Source: Tricharina praecox
Taxonomy: Eukaryota
DNA: 64,000 nucleotides
Assembly (NCBI RefSeq): GCF_024521635.1
Contig: NW_026250419.1
Location: 372,001 to 436,000, forward strand
Direction of reading: 5' to 3'
Shown here: in pieces, positions 1-11,976 of the stretch
How the letters are laid out: each line of letters begins with the position of its first letter
Numbering within the stretch: position 1 is the stretch's first letter
Made by a program: the position numbers and the translations under genes
Notes under the pieces: generated by a model
Told to the model about the DNA's origin: nothing
What the model saw: the letters and a program-made list of their open reading frames with translations, nothing else
The model's database searches: none

Positions 1-1428
1 TTATAATAGCCGTTGTTAATTTTGGTTGCCTACAAATGTATGTGGTCCAAGGGAATACGGGAATACGAGGCCGTGAGGACCCGGTGCGGTAGTCAGACAT
101 CGCGGTGCCACTGAAGAGGCGCCTACCTATCGGGTTTGTCCTTCTAGGTATGCCAACTTCCAGCCGTCAACTCCGAGACCCAGTCGATGCGATGCCAGAT
201 GGACGTTCGTCATCTGAATCATCAGATGCAACGACAGGGATGGGCTGAACTGCGTTAATACGATTAATTCGGTACGGTACCCTGTGTATGATAACCATCA
301 GTTACGTCGAACGAGTCCATAGCAATTATCGACATATCTCTCCCGAGCACTCGTGTAGGACAGCGATGGCTATGGATTGGAACGCAACATGAGGTGCCTT
401 ACAGCTGCAATGGCAATGGTTGCAGCAACATCGATAGTTATCCGCGCCGCGCTTGGAATAGTCCGTTTCGTATGGAGTATATGGAGTGTCAATATCATAC
501 CTATCTCGAAAACGCAATGCTCACCACTGGCTAATACCATTTTCTAAACGATTAACGACCAACAACGAACAACCACCTAGCACTCCTACCAGCCTTACTT
601 TGTGTGAGGATGCAGGTAATTGGACAGTCGGATATACACGAGAACTTCGGCTCTGCTTGAGATGTGCTGCATACCGAACTCCAATTCCATAGGGAAAGAC
701 CGTCAAAGCCGTGCCCGTTGACATTTGCTAGTTGCATTGCCGCTTCGAACTGCGACTCTGCGAGACATCGTCGGGTTTGGGGCGGCAGCAATGCACTTTC
801 GTCATCCGGATTGCAAGCATCATCTGCATGAGGTGCAGTTAGCGACTGGGGTACTCCACTGCCGGGCTCCGAATATTTCCCCGGTACATACCGTACCTGC
901 TTACATAGGGACGACGGACGTACCGCATGTCCAATTGAAGACCCTTCGTTCCAGCTTCCAGGCTTCCCGTTCCTTTCTAGCGACGTTCCTGACCGATCTG
1001 TTGGCCCTGCATCCAGCCGCCGCTCCGGCTCCGGCCATCCCATCCCATCACTGTTTGCTGCCATCGCCATCTCACGGGCATGACACTTGCAGGGATTTGC
1101 CCGGCCCGAACATCTGAGCTGTCTTGCGCACAAGCCCCAAGACCCAAGATCAAAACAAAGATGACGACAACAATATCATCGGTGGCTGGGGATCGGGCTT
1201 GGGAGCGCTTCCGATATTGGTACCCACTGAACTGACAGCCTCCTCCTCATCCTCATCTTCCTCCTCCTCCTTCACTTGTTCTCCTCTGCTTTTTCATTTG
1301 ACTCCATCCCCCATTCCTCTCCCTCCTCTCCCGAATCAAGCAACCCAGCTTCCTGTTTACGATCGTGTTTTCATTGCCGTTTCTATTTCCAGTCCAATAC
1401 CGTACTCGTTGATCCATATCGAATAAAC

Positions 1429-2082
1429 ATGCAGCTCCCCGCCTTCCTCCCCATCCTCCTCCTCTCCGCCCTCGTTGGTGTCCAAGCCTCACCACTGGCC
1501 GTTTTGCCCTACACCACCACAAGCCCGAGCTCCACGCCCAGCGTAGGGCCGCCCACACGGACACGGCCGACCTCCTTCGCCGGCCCCTCGGCCACGCCCC
1601 TCCGCGTACCCGCAGGCCTAAAACTCCGAGCCGCAGCCGCGGCCGCGGCGCCAGACCCGCAAGAAACGTGCGAAAACTCGGGCACCGGCAACACGGGATG
1701 CAACAACAGCGGCATCAACAACACGGGGACCAACAACTCCGGGATCAACAACTGCGGCACTGGGCAGTCGGGGATCGGCGAGGGGTGTGATGACGACGAC
1801 GATAGCACCGTCACTTTCGTCGGTGTTACCACCACTGTCAACGGCGGGGCTGTGGTCATTGCCGCTGCCGCGACGAATACAGACGCTACGGTTTATACCA
1901 CCATTCTGACTGGCGCTACAAGTACTGTCACCCTGATCGGTGATGGAAGGAACCGAAGGGTCGATTGTGCCTACTGGGAGGCTCAGGGGTACGTTTGCTC
2001 CGGGGCGGTCGGGAAGAGCGTCAGCTTGCTCGCGGTGGCGCTGGCGGCGGTGGTGACGGGGGCGTGGCTGGTGGTTGGATGA
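1429..2082 (+). CDS. Secreted, probably GPI-anchored Ser/Thr-rich cell-surface protein (217 aa) with NxGxx pentapeptide repeats
   Basis: ATG at 1429 lies inside ORF 1276..2082. Hydrophobic signal peptide MQLPAFLPILLLSALVGVQA, T/S/P-rich linker, and a C-terminal small-residue site (CSGA) followed by a hydrophobic tail (VSLLAVALAAVVTGAWLVVG). Confidence 0.8.
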   Translation: MQLPAFLPILLLSALVGVQASPLAVLPYTTTSPSSTPSVGPPTRTRPTSFAGPSATPLRVPAGLKLRAAAAAAAPDPQETCENSGTGNTGCNNSGINNTGTNNSGINNCGTGQSGIGEGCDDDDDSTVTFVGVTTTVNGGAVVIAAAATNTDATVYTTILTGATSTVTLIGDGRNRRVDCAYWEAQGYVCSGAVGKSVSLLAVALAAVVTGAWLVVG

Positions 2083-2963
2083 TTGCTCAATTGCTTCACG
2101 ACTCTAAGGTGGTGATGGTGGTGATGATGCATTTCTTTGATTTCTTTGTTTCTATTCACTCTACGGCGTTGGGTTGGCATACTTAGATCTGGGCTGGGGT
2201 TTTTTTCTGATGATGATGATGATGATGATGATACGGGGATACGAGGACATGGATAGCTGCATGTATTCTTCAGGATTACGAACGATGATGATGGGACTTC
2301 ATATGTATTTAGCATGCAAAACAAACAAGCAAAAATATCTTGACAGGAGTGTGATTTGAACACACGCCCAGTTCCCCGAATCAGACTGCACCATGATCCA
2401 TCACCAACCCTCGGAACGGTATCCGGAGAAAGCCCTGCTGCGGAAATAGCACTTACTTGGGTGCATTTTATACCCGCTTAGTAACACTATGATAGATGAT
2501 GCGGTAAAGGAACGTCACGACCACCGTTCGGTCTGTCCAGTGTCCAGGTCGAATGGTCGTTCCCTTTTCCTAAGCTTCGTATTCTGCGATATATACCGTA
2601 TTGTCATGTCAACTGTCAGCAACGGGGAGAGACCGACGGCCATGGCCTACGATTTCCAGCAAATCAAGTGTCGAACTGCATCCCCAACCTAAGTACCTGT
2701 GCACCTCAGCGAATCCGGTGATCTCCTGAAAGCTACCGGTATTACATACTCCGCGCAGTTACTCGATCCCGCCTCCCACGACATACGTACGTACGGCACC
2801 GGCGGTCAAACAAAACCCGCGGAAAAAAAAAGTCAGGGTTAGGTCTTTCACCAGCATCATTCCCAACCAACCAACGACGATCCATCCGTTGCTCGGCCGC
2901 CCGGTTGCGGGAGAGCAAGTTAGAGTATCCACGGTACTGAACTACACCTCCGCCACCTCCGCC

Positions 2964-4058
2964 ATGTCGATCCTCCTCAACAACCAGCGACGCCTACTGC
3001 TACTACTACACTTGCGTCCGGCGGGTGTGCGACCACCACTACACAATGCCAACGCCAATGTCAACGCCAACGCCTCGTCCTCGCCGCTGCTGAGCCTCGC
3101 CGCCGCCGGCAGCCGCGCCTACTCCGGCGGCCCCCGCCCCAAAGCCTGGAAGCTAGCGCGCTTCAAGAAGAAGGAAGACAAAGCGGCTTTGCCCAAGAAG
3201 CAATCCTTCGCGCTCCTGCGGCGGGGCGGCCCACCAGGCCCACCCGGTCCACCAGCCGAGCGGTTCTCAGCGGGCCTTTCTCGGCCGCCACCGCGTTCAC
3301 CACCACCGCGCGACTCCGCACCCAAACTGCCCAAGCCTTCCACGAAGCCGAAGTCCGCCGCAGCGACGACACGGCACTTCACCGCGCCGCACAAGAAGAA
3401 GCTAGTGCGGGCGGGGACACCTTTGTCGCGGATGCGGGACGACCCCTCCACGATCATCGTGCACACCGCGGGGGTGTGTGCGGCCAAGGACATGGGCTTC
3501 GCCGCCGTCGGCGTCTGGTTCGGGCCCGAGTCGCCCCTGAATCACGCGCGGCTCCTGAATAGTCCGCAGCATGCCGAGGATGCGGGGGACGTGATGACCG
3601 TGCTGCAGCCCGCGAAACATTGGGGCGAGCAGCTGAGGCGCGCGCAGATATGTGCGGCTATTGTCGGTTTGCGGACGCTGGAAAAGCATGCCCCCGAGGA
3701 GCGCAGCGTCCTCGTCGCTGTCGATCAGTATCTCTGGAAGGTCATGACGGATCTGGTCTATGCGTGGAGGAAGAACGGATGGGTCGAGGACACGGGGAAT
3801 AGGGTCGAGAACTGGGTGCTGCTGCGCGAGCTGGATAAGACGGCGTATGAAATGGAGGCGGCCGGATGGAGGGTCAGGTTCTGGGGGCTGCTGAAGACGA
3901 AGAATCAGCAGGCGGAGGATATGGCGAAGGGGGTGGTTGAGGACGCGAAGGCGAAGCCGAAGGCGAAGGACATGGCTCAGACGAAGACGGAGGACATAGG
4001 GACGGATGCTGAGATCGACAGCAAGTGGCTAGTAAAAGCTGCTGCTGAGCGGATGTAA
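2964..4058 (+). CDS. RNase HI-fold protein with degenerate catalytic residues and a basic N-terminal extension (364 aa)
   Basis: ATG at 2964 in a GCCATG context. The C-terminal half follows the RNase HI motif order: IVHTAGVC..AAVGVWFG..RRAQICAAI..VAVDQYL..WRKNGW...G..VEN..L...VRFW...NQQAEDMA. Confidence 0.75.
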   Translation: MSILLNNQRRLLLLLHLRPAGVRPPLHNANANVNANASSSPLLSLAAAGSRAYSGGPRPKAWKLARFKKKEDKAALPKKQSFALLRRGGPPGPPGPPAERFSAGLSRPPPRSPPPRDSAPKLPKPSTKPKSAAATTRHFTAPHKKKLVRAGTPLSRMRDDPSTIIVHTAGVCAAKDMGFAAVGVWFGPESPLNHARLLNSPQHAEDAGDVMTVLQPAKHWGEQLRRAQICAAIVGLRTLEKHAPEERSVLVAVDQYLWKVMTDLVYAWRKNGWVEDTGNRVENWVLLRELDKTAYEMEAAGWRVRFWGLLKTKNQQAEDMAKGVVEDAKAKPKAKDMAQTKTEDIGTDAEIDSKWLVKAAAERM

Positions 4059-4841
4059 GCTACCAGACGCCATCGAGGGGCAACAAGTCGACAGAATCTC
4101 CTCAAATCCTGACCATGTAAATTACACCTGGGGGGTATAAACTGTAAAAACTGTAGAAATCCTGCATCAATCGATCGTAAACGTGCATACCGTACCAGCG
4201 ACCAAGGGACTTCTCTTTACTCAACTCGCCAAATCAAACACCAGTATCCCATCGATCCGCGCGACGAACGGGAGCGTCATGAACCATCACACGACAATCG
4301 AACGTTTCATCTAGCCGATGCTTCGCGGATCATGGCTACTATCACTCGTCTTACTCGGCCATAAGAGCCGAGCATTAAGCTTTATTCTTGAATCGCTCAG
4401 ACGGCAAGTACTCTACTCTACTTAGAGTAGGGGGAGCCGTTCTCTCACGTGCAGTCAGTCGGTGCGGATCGAATTTCCCTGTAGGGGCTCGGGAGGGTGA
4501 GGGGACGTGCGCCTCCCCCCCGGCCGGCTGTGCGACTCGCGAGTGCATCAATACTCTACTCTAGATATCGCCACCGCACCGTAACTACATCATACCGGGT
4601 TCCTTGGTAGTGGAGTAGGTTGTGGAGAAACAAGTGGATTGAAACAAAGTATCTACCGGTATCTAAGTACGAAGTATGTAACACATGGAAAAGAATATAT
4701 ACAGAGCCTGCCGCAAGTGCGCATGCCTGGTAGGTATCACCGCCTTCAAACAAAAAACAAAAGATATCTTACAGAACATAACCTCCCATAACCCCCCAAC
4801 TCCACCATGCCACCCCACCCTGCCACTCACGCCCACCAGCA

Positions 4842-5246
4842 CTACCACCAAGCCCACCCCCACAACCACAGTCCAACAACCAGCACCCAGCCGGGCCACA
4901 TGAGTATCAGTAGCACAGGCGAGGGCTGAAACAGCAGGAGGAGCAGCTCATAGAAGCACGCATCCTTGAAGCGATTCCAGCGGCGGTGGATCCCCGCGCG
5001 TTTGCTGAGCTGTTGGAGACAGCAGAGGGAATTGCGAACCCCGGCGCCGAGGAGCAGCCGGATCGTGTTCGCGAACGCGAGCAGGATGAAGATCGTGTGC
5101 GTTAGCTGCGAGAGGAGGTGCGTGAATGTGCTGGGTGGGGATGGGGAGGCGGCGGTGGTGGGGGAGGAGACTCTGGTGCTGGTATTGGTGCTGGTACGGG
5201 TATGCGTACTGGCCGCCATCGAGGGGACGCGCGCGTGCCGGATCAT
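4842..5246 (-). CDS. Small hypothetical membrane protein (134 aa)
   Basis: ATG-initiated ORF with an S/T-rich N-terminus, two hydrophobic segments and a Trp-rich end (LLILMWPGWVLVVGLWLWGWAWW). No family recognised. Confidence 0.5.
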   Translation of the reverse strand: MIRHARVPSMAASTHTRTSTNTSTRVSSPTTAASPSPPSTFTHLLSQLTHTIFILLAFANTIRLLLGAGVRNSLCCLQQLSKRAGIHRRWNRFKDACFYELLLLLFQPSPVLLILMWPGWVLVVGLWLWGWAWW

Positions 5247-6665
5247 TGTTTGTGGCGGTGGAAGGGATGGTCTAGGTAGCAGGGCTGGTGTAAGGGACTC
5301 TAGTGTGCGGTTTTTCTAGACGGTTGTTAGAAACACCATATCTCTCATCTCTCATCTTGAATCGCAGCCGGTAAACCTACATGTCTTCGCGGAAGCCAAC
5401 TAGCCGTGGGTGCAAGTTGTGAGTTGTGAGGTGTGGAATGCGTGCGTTGTTGTGTATGAAGTCGAAGCTTCCAGATATGTAGGTGAATAGATAGGAGTTG
5501 ATGTGTTGATCCTTTGTTTTGGTCCGGTTCGATGCGTTCCATGCGTTCAATGCGGGTTCGCTCGGACAGTGTTCGCCAACTGCTACCTATACTATATATA
5601 GTCGGATCGAGTATAGATTCTTGGAAAAGGAGGCAGTCGAGCGGCCGTTGTTGTTGTTATTGTTGTTGTTGTCGTCGTTGTTGTCGTCGACGTCGAGGAA
5701 GAAGAAGAAGCTTTTCTTTATCGCAACGGGGTTCTGCCTCTGCCTTGCCTCGCTTTCGCTTCGAGTACTCTACCGGTACATAAGGTAATTCTAGGTCCAG
5801 GTTCAAGGTCCTTCCGTCTACTTACATAGCATGAGCACTTACATACCGGTTCTTGCACCGGTAATACGTGCCCAGTGCCCACTGCCGGTAGCCCTGCAGA
5901 TCTCCTCTCCTCTCCTCTCCTCTCCTCTTCCCTTCCCTTCCAAACAAAACAAATCTCGCGCAGCCCAGACCGTTTCCTCCCGACAGACCGACAGATCCTT
6001 CTTCTCCTCCCTCCATCTTCCCTTCTTCCCTCATCCCCTCTCGGCAGCATGCAAAACAATCTCCCTCCCCTCCCTCGATAGAGTACCCACGGTAGCATCC
6101 GACATGTGTGCCTGCAGCCTGCACTGCAGCAGGACGGAAACAGGGATGAGTTGCTGGAAGGCTCTCTCCCCTCTCCCCTCTCCTCTGAACAAGGTACTAC
6201 ATAGGACATGGGGTTTAGTTCGCTCCGCTTTCGTCACAGGACGACACATGACGTATAGTTTACTACGGTAGACATCTTGAGCGACCTTGAGGGACTGACG
6301 ACCAACGGACGGCGGATGGACGACCGACGAGACTTGACGATGCGGGACGTCACTGTGGAGCACCTATTGTGTCTTGTGTCGGACTAACGGTTTCGAGGGA
6401 CTCCATGGAGTGAGTGAGTGGCGGGGTGCCGGAGGGGGACGATCTGGAGTACATACCGGTACCGTACCGCAATGTGGGGCAGAGTGTAAACTACAGTGGG
6501 GACTTACATCACGCTGATACGGTACTTCTGCTCTCCTGTATACGGTGTGTACCTCGCCACTCAGGCAGGACCCGGGCAGACGATCCAATCCGCGTTCCAC
6601 CAAACCTCGGTCCATCCCGCGCAGCCAAAACACAACGAAGAAATAAAAAAGAAAAAAAGAAGTAG

Positions 6666-6773
6666 TGACAGGAGTGGGACTTGAACCCACGCTCAGTTTC
6701 CCGAACCAGGAATCGGAACGATTGCATTAAGGTGACCTTAACCTGGCGCCATAACCAACTCGGCCATCCTGCC
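6666..6773 (-). tRNA. tRNA-Leu(AAG) with a 24-nt intron (6712..6735)
   Basis: Reverse complement: GGCAGGA-TGGCCGAGTTGGTTATGGCG-CCAGG-TT-AAG-G-[intron]-T-CCTGG-long variable arm-GTGGGTTCAAGTCCCAC-TCCTGTCA. The acceptor stem, A/B boxes and canonical 37/38 intron position are present. The intron carries CCTTAA, complementary to the anticodon. An oligo(T) terminator lies downstream. Confidence 0.95.
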
Positions 6774-7081
6774 TTGGGTGTCTGTTGCCGTTTCATACGC
6801 AATCTGTTCCAGCGCTTCACTACATGCAATCAACTTTTCCCCATGTGTGAGCAACGGCTGGTTTCGTTGTCACCATGATGTACCGATCCATCCTCGTCTG
6901 ATGGACGGGAAAATCAGAGACAAGGTATGTAGGTATGGGTTTAACCCGAACTCGAATGCAGGAACAGACCTCGCTCGCCCTCTCGCTGTGCCAGTGGGTG
7001 TATATAGTATCGCATTGCCAATTGCCATTCGCCATAACGCCGCCGCTCACAAAAAAACAAGCACCAAACCGCGTACGAACA

Positions 7082-8051
7082 TCACGCCTGCCCGCCGCCC
7101 CTCTGAAACTGCAAACTATACCCTCCCTTCCCATCCGGCTTCATGCCAAAGTCGCTAGTGCTGATACCAAACGGCCTCAGTAGCCCATCCCCCAGCGTCT
7201 TCAGCCCCTTCATCGCATCCCCCACCTCGCTCGCCCGCACCTCCTCCAGCGCCTTCCTGCACCGCGCCAAGCTGCGCACACACTCCCTTCTCTCTGCCTC
7301 CGTCAGGTCCGCCTCGAGCTTGACACTCTCCCCCACCCTCTCCCCCTCCCGCAGCTCGCGCACCCTCCCCACCCCCAACAAGTCTTCATACTCCCCTACC
7401 GCCGTCTCGAGCTCCTTCCAAGTCCCGAGCATCTCCCTTGCCTTCCCGCGCCTCAGCAGCGGCTTCGTCCACCCCGGCCTCCGGCGGATCGCCTCGGCAG
7501 CATGCTCCAGCGCCAGCGTGGGCGCGGACAGCTTCAGGTGGCACGCGGAAAGGTTCGAGTGCAGGATTGCCGTCTCGTGGGATAAGTACGTCGGCGTGCT
7601 TTGTAGTGCCAGCGTGTACGCGTCGATCGCTGCCAGGTAGTGCGATGTCTGGAAGAGTGTGTTGCCCGAGGATTTTTGGAGGTGCGCTGCGGTGAGGAGG
7701 CGCTACGGGGAGGGGAGGGGGGTTAGCGGGGTGGTGGGGGGAGCGGGAGGGCGGGGGAGGGGGAGGGGAAGGGGAGGGGGGGCGTACGGATTCTTCGTCT
7801 GGGGGGAAGCGGGGACTAGTATCCCCCGCGACGCCGGCGGTGACGGTGTTGGTGGAGGGGTCTTCGTCCATGTCTTCGACTCGGCGCAGTGGTGATGTTG
7901 ATGTTGATAGTGCTGGTGGTGCTGATGGTGATGATGTTGCAGTTGCTGTTGCTGATGATTTTGCTGTTGCTGTTGCTGTTGCTGTTGCTTTTGCTGCTGC
8001 CGCTGTTGCTGTTGACTGTATCTCGGCGGAGGTTGCGCTGTTGTTGTGCAT
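7082..8051 (-). CDS. TTC1-like tetratricopeptide-repeat protein (294 aa); exons 8051-7788, 7702-7082
   Basis: Intron 7703..7787 (GTACGC...GCTAAC...TAG) joins the frames. TPR motifs KSSGNTLFQ..Y..AIDAYT..AL, ILHSNLSACHLKL and KPLLRRGKARE. C-terminus LKTLGDGLLRPFGISTSDF..GGYSLQF is typical of TTC1. Confidence 0.85.
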
Positions 8052-9220
8052 CTCTATCGCCTCGACGGGCGAAGACAGCAGGTACGGCAGGGGGTTGTTG
8101 AAGAAGCTGTCATAGAACGGTAGAGCTTTGGATTGGAGAACGGCAAGAGCCGTAGCGCCCGGACAGGGCCTGCAGAAGGATGGCATCTTTCTTAATTTTC
8201 CGTACCGTAGAGTATATATCCGGGAGTTCCAATGGTTAACAACGTCTGACTGACTGACCGCGTCGAGACTGCACTGGAGATCTTCTTCTTCGTCTTCTTC
8301 GTCTTCTTCTCCCGAGGAAGCAGCAAGCAAGCAAGCAGCAGAGATCAAGAGAGAGAGAGGAAGAAAGAGAAAGAGAAAGAGAGCGAGAATATAAACCTCG
8401 CGGGAGACCGCACTTTATTTACACGTCATGAGCTTGCAGCTTGCTGCTGGCTAGGTGCTGGCGCAAAAAAACAGCTTACATGAGACGGATGGATTGATTC
8501 GGGAACAACCGTTGTGTATGGGGAAAAGAGGTCGCTATGATACATACCAAGACAGACGAGGGCGTGAATGCGTGAGTGCGTGGGCAATGGGCGTCCCGTC
8601 GGTGCAAATTTGTTCCGTCCTCGACATGTCCTTACTGTACCGTACTCACTAACGAGGTGGATAGATGGCATGGCTTCTCCACTGTGCCGTGGTATGGATG
8701 GTATGTATGTATGGAGGTGGGTGTGCTATGTGTGTAAGACCTTTCGTCGCTCATGCACATTCGCTAAGCGGCTGATCCCCTCAAAGTGTCCAGGGCGGAG
8801 AGTAATTGCTCCGCATCCCATCGCTGCTGGCAGTGGGGGGGAGGGGGGGAGACGGGTACTTCGATAGATATTGTGACACCACGGGTTTATCTCGCGAGGT
8901 GGCTCCCCTGTTTTTACGGGTGAATGCAGGCGGGGGCTGAGGAACGGAATTTGCCTTGCCCCAAGCTCGGACTCAGGCTCACAGGTCGGAAGCGATGTTG
9001 TCCCGCAAACAATTAAGACTCATGCACTGATGCGCGGTCACATGCCGGTCGGGGGAGGAAGGAGGAGGGAGGGAAGGGAGGGGGAATATGCAATGAAATT
9101 CCAACGTCTAGGTTATCGAGGATCGCTCCCTCTGCACCGTCGCTAGCGTAATCTAGAACAGAACACACGCCAAAGGCCAACAGGTATCCCATCGTCACCG
9201 ACCACCACCTCCAACGCCGT

Positions 9221-10324
9221 CTAATTTTTCGCCGGAGGAATGACAATGCCGTAGCGCGTGTAGTCGAAGCCCTCGAGCGAACTACGCAGCTCGCCCCTTC
9301 CGTCGCCAATGCTTCCGATCGCCCCCATGTCCGCAGCCGGGGCCACACCCGCTTCAATATCCTTTTCTGCCTCGCCCATCAGACCCGCCAGCACCTGCTC
9401 CTCCCTGCCTTTGTACTCCTGCAGCAGGCCCTGATGCGGCACCCACACGACACGCATGCCCGCACGGCGTCCCGCCTCGACGCCGGGGACGGCATCTTCA
9501 AACACCAAGCACTCAGCGGGGGTAATCTCCTGCTTCCCCTCTTTGCGGAGGCCGGCATTGATCGACTCCAGCGCGAGCAGGTAAATATCGGGTGCGGGCT
9601 TCCCCCTTCCCAGCGGGATCCGTGGATCATCGCCGAGTATCTGCCGCTCCTTCGGAAACCGCTGGAACAGCTCTTGCAGGTGCGCCGTCTTGAGCTGGAA
9701 GTTGTATTCCGCCGACGACGTGGCGAGCGCAATGTGCAGCTTCTCTTCGGGGTGCGACGCGGGCGACGATGCGAGCAGCGTGTCGATCAGGCTCTCGACG
9801 CCGGGGAGAAGCCCTGCGCCCGGGAATACCTCTGCCTGCAGAGCTTTCTGGCGGACGAGATATTCCTCTATGGGGATGGGAATCTGGGCCCAGTCGCGGA
9901 AGATTTTGGTTGCCTAGGGCAGGAAAGAGTACGCGTAAGTAAAGTTCTCGTCTGGAAGGCTGGGAGCACTATACGCGAAACGCGCAAGATGGCCCGTGAA
10001 CCAGTCGGTTTCACGTGACATACGTGTCACAAGAAACATGACGGGGGCTTCCGAAACGTGAAGTAGAGAAAAACATACAGCAGAAACTGGGCGGCCTTGG
10101 AGCTGGGCCTTGATGTTCCAGGTGAGCGGCGGACGGCCGAGTTGTGCGAGGAGCGTGTTCGTGACTTGTGTGTAGAGGTCTTCGGTGTCGAGGAGCAGGC
10201 CGTCCATGTCAAAGAGACAGGCCCTGACTGGAGGGAAGGAGCTATGTAGATTTCATGTGAGAAAAAAAAGGCAAACTTTGCGGAGATGGAGAGGAGGTTA
10301 TCCTTACCTTTCTACGGGTGCCAT
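9221..10324 (-). CDS. HAD-superfamily phosphatase, pseudouridine-5'-phosphatase/HDHD1-like (290 aa); exons 10324-10308, 10241-10079, 9913-9221
   Basis: Spliced frame gives MAPVESSFPPVRACLFDMDGLLLDTED (motif I), ALATSS (II), GKPAPDIY (III) and LVFEDAVPGVEAGRRAGM (IV). Both introns are GT-AG and frame-consistent. Confidence 0.9.
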
Positions 10325-11976
10325 TCTGGTGAAGTCTGTGGGATAAAGTCCAATATGTTTTTTGGTGTCTGAGCTGTTTGGTTTGTTGTTTGGTGGGGTA
10401 TAAGTGTGGCGGGGTGTAAGAACCAAAAACAAAGAGGGGATGTTGGTGGGGGGAGAGTTTGGGGGCCAATTCAAGAGCCGACGCTAGTAGATAACTCTTT
10501 CTAGGAAGCTTCAACTGTGTATATGTGCCACGGGTGGTCACTCGTGAGAATCAAGGAGGAGTTGGGGGAGAGTTGTAGGGGTTAGAGACGATGCGGATGA
10601 TGAGGATGGCCTGGAAGTCGGACAGTATGCTTCTTAAATACGGCCCACGCGGCCGGTGGCCACGGCAGCTCAGTAGAAGGGCCCGCGTTCGTGATGGCAT
10701 ACCGTAAACCACGCCTAGCACGATTGATAGGTGCCTCAGCGCTGTCGAATGCGAGTACGGAGGTGTTCCTCGCTGCAGTAGGTACCCAAGTGCCCAGCAT
10801 GCCTACGGCAACCTGTAGCCATGGTCCAGCAGAGGACTGCAACTGCCCACGGGGCTTGCTCGCTTTCCGGCTGTCGTCCGTTCTCGCTTCCATCAGAAAC
10901 TATCACCGTAGTAGCCGCGTTTGCTGTGTTTTCCCTTCCGGCCAACGGAGGAGAGAGAAAGAAAGGCAGGAAGGCGGGGCTCATCACTCCCATGCTTCAG
11001 CAGATAGCTAGATTGAGGGGCTAAGATGGTTCAATGCCAATAACGTCGACGCATGTAATCAATCGGCGGATCACAGATGCCTTCTCGGCGTCGAATCCGA
11101 AGTCTTCACTGTGCTTCCGTGGTGGTGGGCTACTGTATTAGGGCCACTTGCACGAGAAACAAAATCATCTCTTGCTGTGGCTCGGGGGGTGTTCGGACAT
11201 TCACGTATCTACAAACAGCTTGTGAATGGGCCCAGCTAGCTCCACCCCACGTCGCCACTGCCGATGTGGTATGGTTCTGGAAGCCGTTCCTGCATCGACC
11301 TGCCCTTTCTCCCTTTGCGGCCTTGCGGCCTTGTCGACGAGCAAACGAAAGTTACGAAGCGACTGGCTCACGTTGGTGCGGGGCTATCTGGTGGCATTCC
11401 CCAAGGGCCCCGCAGATAGATAGGTAACTGGCCGTCTGCATCTCCCGTCGCGCTGGCCTCCATGGGGCTGGCCTGGCTCGCTCGCATGCCGGAACAATTG
11501 CTGCCATTATTCCACCCACCGTCGCCCCGGCGCCGGAAGAAGTGGGGGGTGGTGGCGAGAAGCGAGGTTGTGGCATTGGTCTGCAGGCAGCTCCGGAGCA
11601 CGAAGGGAAACCTGGAAAGAGAGAAAGGCGAATCGTACGTAGAGTGCAGATGGCACGTATGATCGAGCGGGCAGAGGTCGGCAGAGTGGGTAGGAGATAG
11701 GCAGCGTAGGCAGAGGAGGTACCAGTACGCTCTACTCTCTACTTCCGTTTGGGCCGGGCTTTGCTGGAAGTAGGCGTTGGACTTGGCGCCGCTAATGTCG
11801 AGGCAGCAGCTAGGCGTGTGTAACCGCCAGCGCCCCACGTTACTCGTCCAAGATAACTAACCAAGTTAGAGCTCTGACAAACGACCCAAGTAGTTGCAAC
11901 ATCCGTCGCGGTCCCGTCGCGTCTCCCCGCTTCTCCTGCAGACACACACACCCTAATCCACCACTGACCGCCCCAG

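Noticed and set aside
2964..4058. RNase H domain as a retrotransposon remnant
   Set aside because: No reverse transcriptase, integrase, gag or LTR nearby; the ORF is intact with a cellular-type leader.
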